Assembly: GCF_026571515.1 (NCBI RefSeq)
Contig: NW_026861494.1
Span: 248,001-312,000 of the forward strand
DNA: 64,000 bases
Reading direction: 5' to 3'
Source of the DNA: Ruditapes philippinarum
Lineage: Eukaryota
Positions within the stretch are counted from its first letter, which is position 1, and every line of letters begins with the position of its first letter. Shown here one piece after another: positions 61,102-64,000 of this stretch. The position numbers and the translations under genes were made by a program. Below the pieces are notes generated by a model. The model was given only the letters and a program-made list of their open reading frames with translations. It was not told the origin of the DNA and searched no databases.

Positions 61102-63929
61102 ATGGCTTTATCAAAAGAGACCGCGAAGTTTCCACCAGGAATAGTAGTTTCAGCTGCCATCGACCTTGGTACCACGTTTTCCGGTTATGCATTTGCTTTC
61201 AGGTATATTCATGCACAGTCATATCTCAATTGCATACGTAATTACATGCACTTTAATCATTTAATTTATAATGCACACAACCATTCTATTAACCCATTAC
61301 TTCATATACACGCCTTTTAACGCCTTTTTCACCCCCCCCCTTTTTGTTGTCTTAAATGATGAAAAAATGCCTTATTTAGGCCCCAAACACTTGTTTTTGT
61401 TTGAGAACTGTTGTTAAAAAAAGTGACCTCTTTTTCGGCGCGGCCCCCCAACCAAAAGATACATCAGGGGGTTGCCAGAAGGGGGATGTGCCCCCTTCTG
61501 TTTGGGGGGTTTGAAGGGGGGCGGAGTCCCCCTCATCGCCAAGAAAATTTTTGGACTTGTGAGAGGCTGTAAATGACCCAAGATTGATCATAAGGTAACG
61601 TGTAACCAACGCTGAAAAGCATTTGACTCTATCTCAATCCATTGAGAAAGTGCAGCACTTTGAAATCAATTTTGATGGAAAAAATCAACGCAAAATAGTG
61701 ATTTTTGGCAATTTTGAGATGTCCCCTCGTTGCCATGGTAACAGAAAATTTAAGCCTGAGCATGTTGTTGCAAGTGCAATGGTCCAGTCAGCATTTGTGC
61801 CAAGTTTGATTAGTGTTGAAGCAGTTTTTATAGTATTATAGCAATTTGAACTTGTAACGGGAGACTTTTCAATGAAAACAGCCATTTTTCACAAAATGCT
61901 CATGAAGTAATGGGTTAATGAAAAAAATAAAAAAATCTACAAAACAACAATTTTTCTTCAAATTTATATGACAGGCCATGTTTAAACATGAAAAAACGCG
62001 ATTAAGGGTAATTTCAAGTAATTTCATCATTTTCAGTTAACCCATTACTTCATATACACGCCTTTTAACGCCTTTTTCCCCCCCCCCCTTTTTGCTGTCT
62101 CAAATGATGAAAAAATGCCTTATTTAGGCCCCAAACACTTGTTTTTGTTTGAGAAATGATGTTAAAAAAAGTGACCTCTTTTTCGGCGCGGCCCCCCAAC
62201 CAAAAGATACATCAGGGGGTTGCCAGAAGGGGGATGTGCCCCCTTCTGTTTGGGGGGTTTGAAGGGGGGCGGAGTCCCCCTCATCGCCAAGAAAAATTTT
62301 GGACTTGTGAGAGGCTGTAAATGACCCCAGATTGATCATAAGGTAACGTGTAACCAACGCTGAAAAGCATTTGACTCTATCTCAATCCATTGAGAAAGTG
62401 CAGCACTTCGAAATCAATTTTGATGGAAAAAATCAACGCAAAATAGTAATTTTTGGCAATTTTGAGATGTCCCCTCGTTGCCATGGTAACAGAAAATTTA
62501 AGCCTGAGCATGTTGTTGCAAGTGCAATGGTCCAGTCAACATTTGTGCCAAGTTTGATTAGCGTTGAAGCAGTTTTTATAGTATTATAGCAATTTGAACT
62601 TGTAACGGGAGACTTTTCAATGAAAACAGCCATTTTTCACAAAATGCTCATGAAGTAATGGGTTAAAGGAATTCAAGTGAAATATAGAATCATTAAATTT
62701 TGTAAGACGTATAGTACATCATAATTTATTTTCATGTTGTAAAGACATTTTAAGGTTAATTAATTGCTTTACATTCATTTGATTTAAATAAAACAGATCG
62801 GTCGGAAATCTGCATTTTATTGATTTGTTACAAGCTATGATGTCCCATGACGAAGAAGAAAAGGAAAATACACACAAAAGTGTATAAAGCATAATTTATG
62901 TATAATTTTGATACATCAATGTTACCTTTTCAAATATTGTCCTGCCTGTAATCGTTAATACACATGTATTCGAACAAAAAAAGCAACAAACATGTATTCG
63001 AACAAAAAAAGAAAGAAAGAAAAACAAACAAACAAACAAACAAAAAACATAGCAAGGCTCTTACGATGTTATTTCTTCGACAATACAGGGATGATCCTTT
63101 TAGAATATTTGCAAGTACATGGCATTCGAGGACAACGGCAAACTTGATCGCTTACAAAGCACCGACAACTGTTCTACTCCGACCAAACGGGGAATTTGAA
63201 GCATTTGGTCTTGAAGCCGAGGAGAAGTATTCCCTGTTAACTGACGAGGACACTCAATATGGATGGTACTTTGTTCAAAACTTCAAAATGGAGCTATATC
63301 GTCAAGAGGTAAATTGTCAATTACTTACCGCGCAGCTCTAGCAGTATAAAGTTCTTCAGACCAGAAAACATTTAGTTTGATATGATTTCTAAACGGTGAC
63401 CATACGCCGCGGTTTATTGCACGGTAAGAAAGGGGCATATTTTTTCATGATTACCACTATACATTATCTTAACATATGTTGATGTTTAAAGAGAATCGTT
63501 AATCTCATATTTAAATGTTGACGGTTCTAGCGTGTTGCAGGAATGCTTCCATGAACAGGGGCAATCAAACCGAGAAAGCATGATTTGCAATGTTGATGTG
63601 TTTGGTACGTAAATGATTTCCACTTTTATTTATCAACATTATATCTGAATATTTTGTAGTAAACAATCGGGTACATGAATACATTTTCATCGATACATTT
63701 TAAATTTCAGAAACTATCTCGTGAAACTAAACTTAAAGATATCGAAGGAAAAGAAATATCAGCAATGAAGATATTTACACTGGTTATTAAGTATCTTCGA
63801 GAGAATTTGACGGATGAAGTTCGCCGTAGTAAGACACACATTGAAGATCATGAGATTTTCTGGGTGCTAACTGTTCCAGCAATATGGTCAGATGCGGCAA
63901 AACAATTTATGAGGGAGGCTGCAACAAAT
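61102..63929 (+). CDS. HSPA12: Heat shock 70 kDa protein 12A/B-like, 5' partial (first three coding exons; continues beyond the window)
   Basis: Exons 61102-61202 (VSAAIDLGTTFSGYAFAF), 63089-63308 (KAPTTVLLRPNGEFEAFGLEAEEKY...FKMELY) and 63711-63929 (WVLTVPAIWSDAAKQFMREAA). GT-AG introns, phases 2 and 0 consistent, motifs diagnostic of HSPA12. Confidence 0.93.
61293..61914 (-). mobile_element. piggyBac-like MITE copy 2 (622 bp) in HSPA12 intron
   Basis: TTAA TSD (61289-61292, 61915-61918) and CCCATTACTTCAT TIRs. Confidence 0.92.
62041..62662 (-). mobile_element. piggyBac-like MITE copy 3 (622 bp) in HSPA12 intron
   Basis: TTAA TSD (62037-62040, 62663-62666) and CCCATTACTTCAT TIRs. Confidence 0.92.
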
Positions 63930-64000
63930 GTATATTGAAGTTTTAATTTTTATGCTGTTATCTTTACGTATACTTTTACTGTGCATTAAATTAAAAGTAA

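Overview
AT-rich, intron-rich eukaryotic DNA, most likely a bivalve mollusc (inferred from the HSPA12 and SCP-like genes and the repeat families). I assembled six protein-coding genes by hand from GT-AG splice sites with consistent phases. They are: an LRRC46-like gene (7 coding exons, minus strand) head-to-head with CYP20A1 (11 exons, plus strand), with start codons only 126 bp apart; an intronless-CDS class A peptide-type GPCR; a sarcoplasmic calcium-binding protein-like EF-hand gene (minus strand); a HES/hairy-family bHLH-Orange gene ending in WRPF instead of WRPW; and the 5' part of an HSPA12 (Hsp70-12A/B-like) gene. Introns and intergenic DNA are dense with non-autonomous mobile elements. 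These include four satellite-carrying Helentron/HINE-like elements (157-170 bp monomers), three near-identical TTAA-flanked piggyBac-like MITEs, TA-, 5-bp- and 8-bp-TSD MITEs, a Kolobok-like element, a decayed mariner, LINE 3' remnants, tRNA-derived SINEs, long hairpin elements and two oppositely oriented arrays of a GC-rich ~192-bp satellite. No CRISPR array, rRNA or intact transposase was seen. I cannot support a wholly new multi-gene system. The best leads are the tiny LRRC46/CYP20A1 bidirectional promoter, RFX X-box palindromes carried by several TE families, the WRPF HES variant and the recently mobile piggyBac-like MITE. Family assignments are from motif recognition, not database searches.
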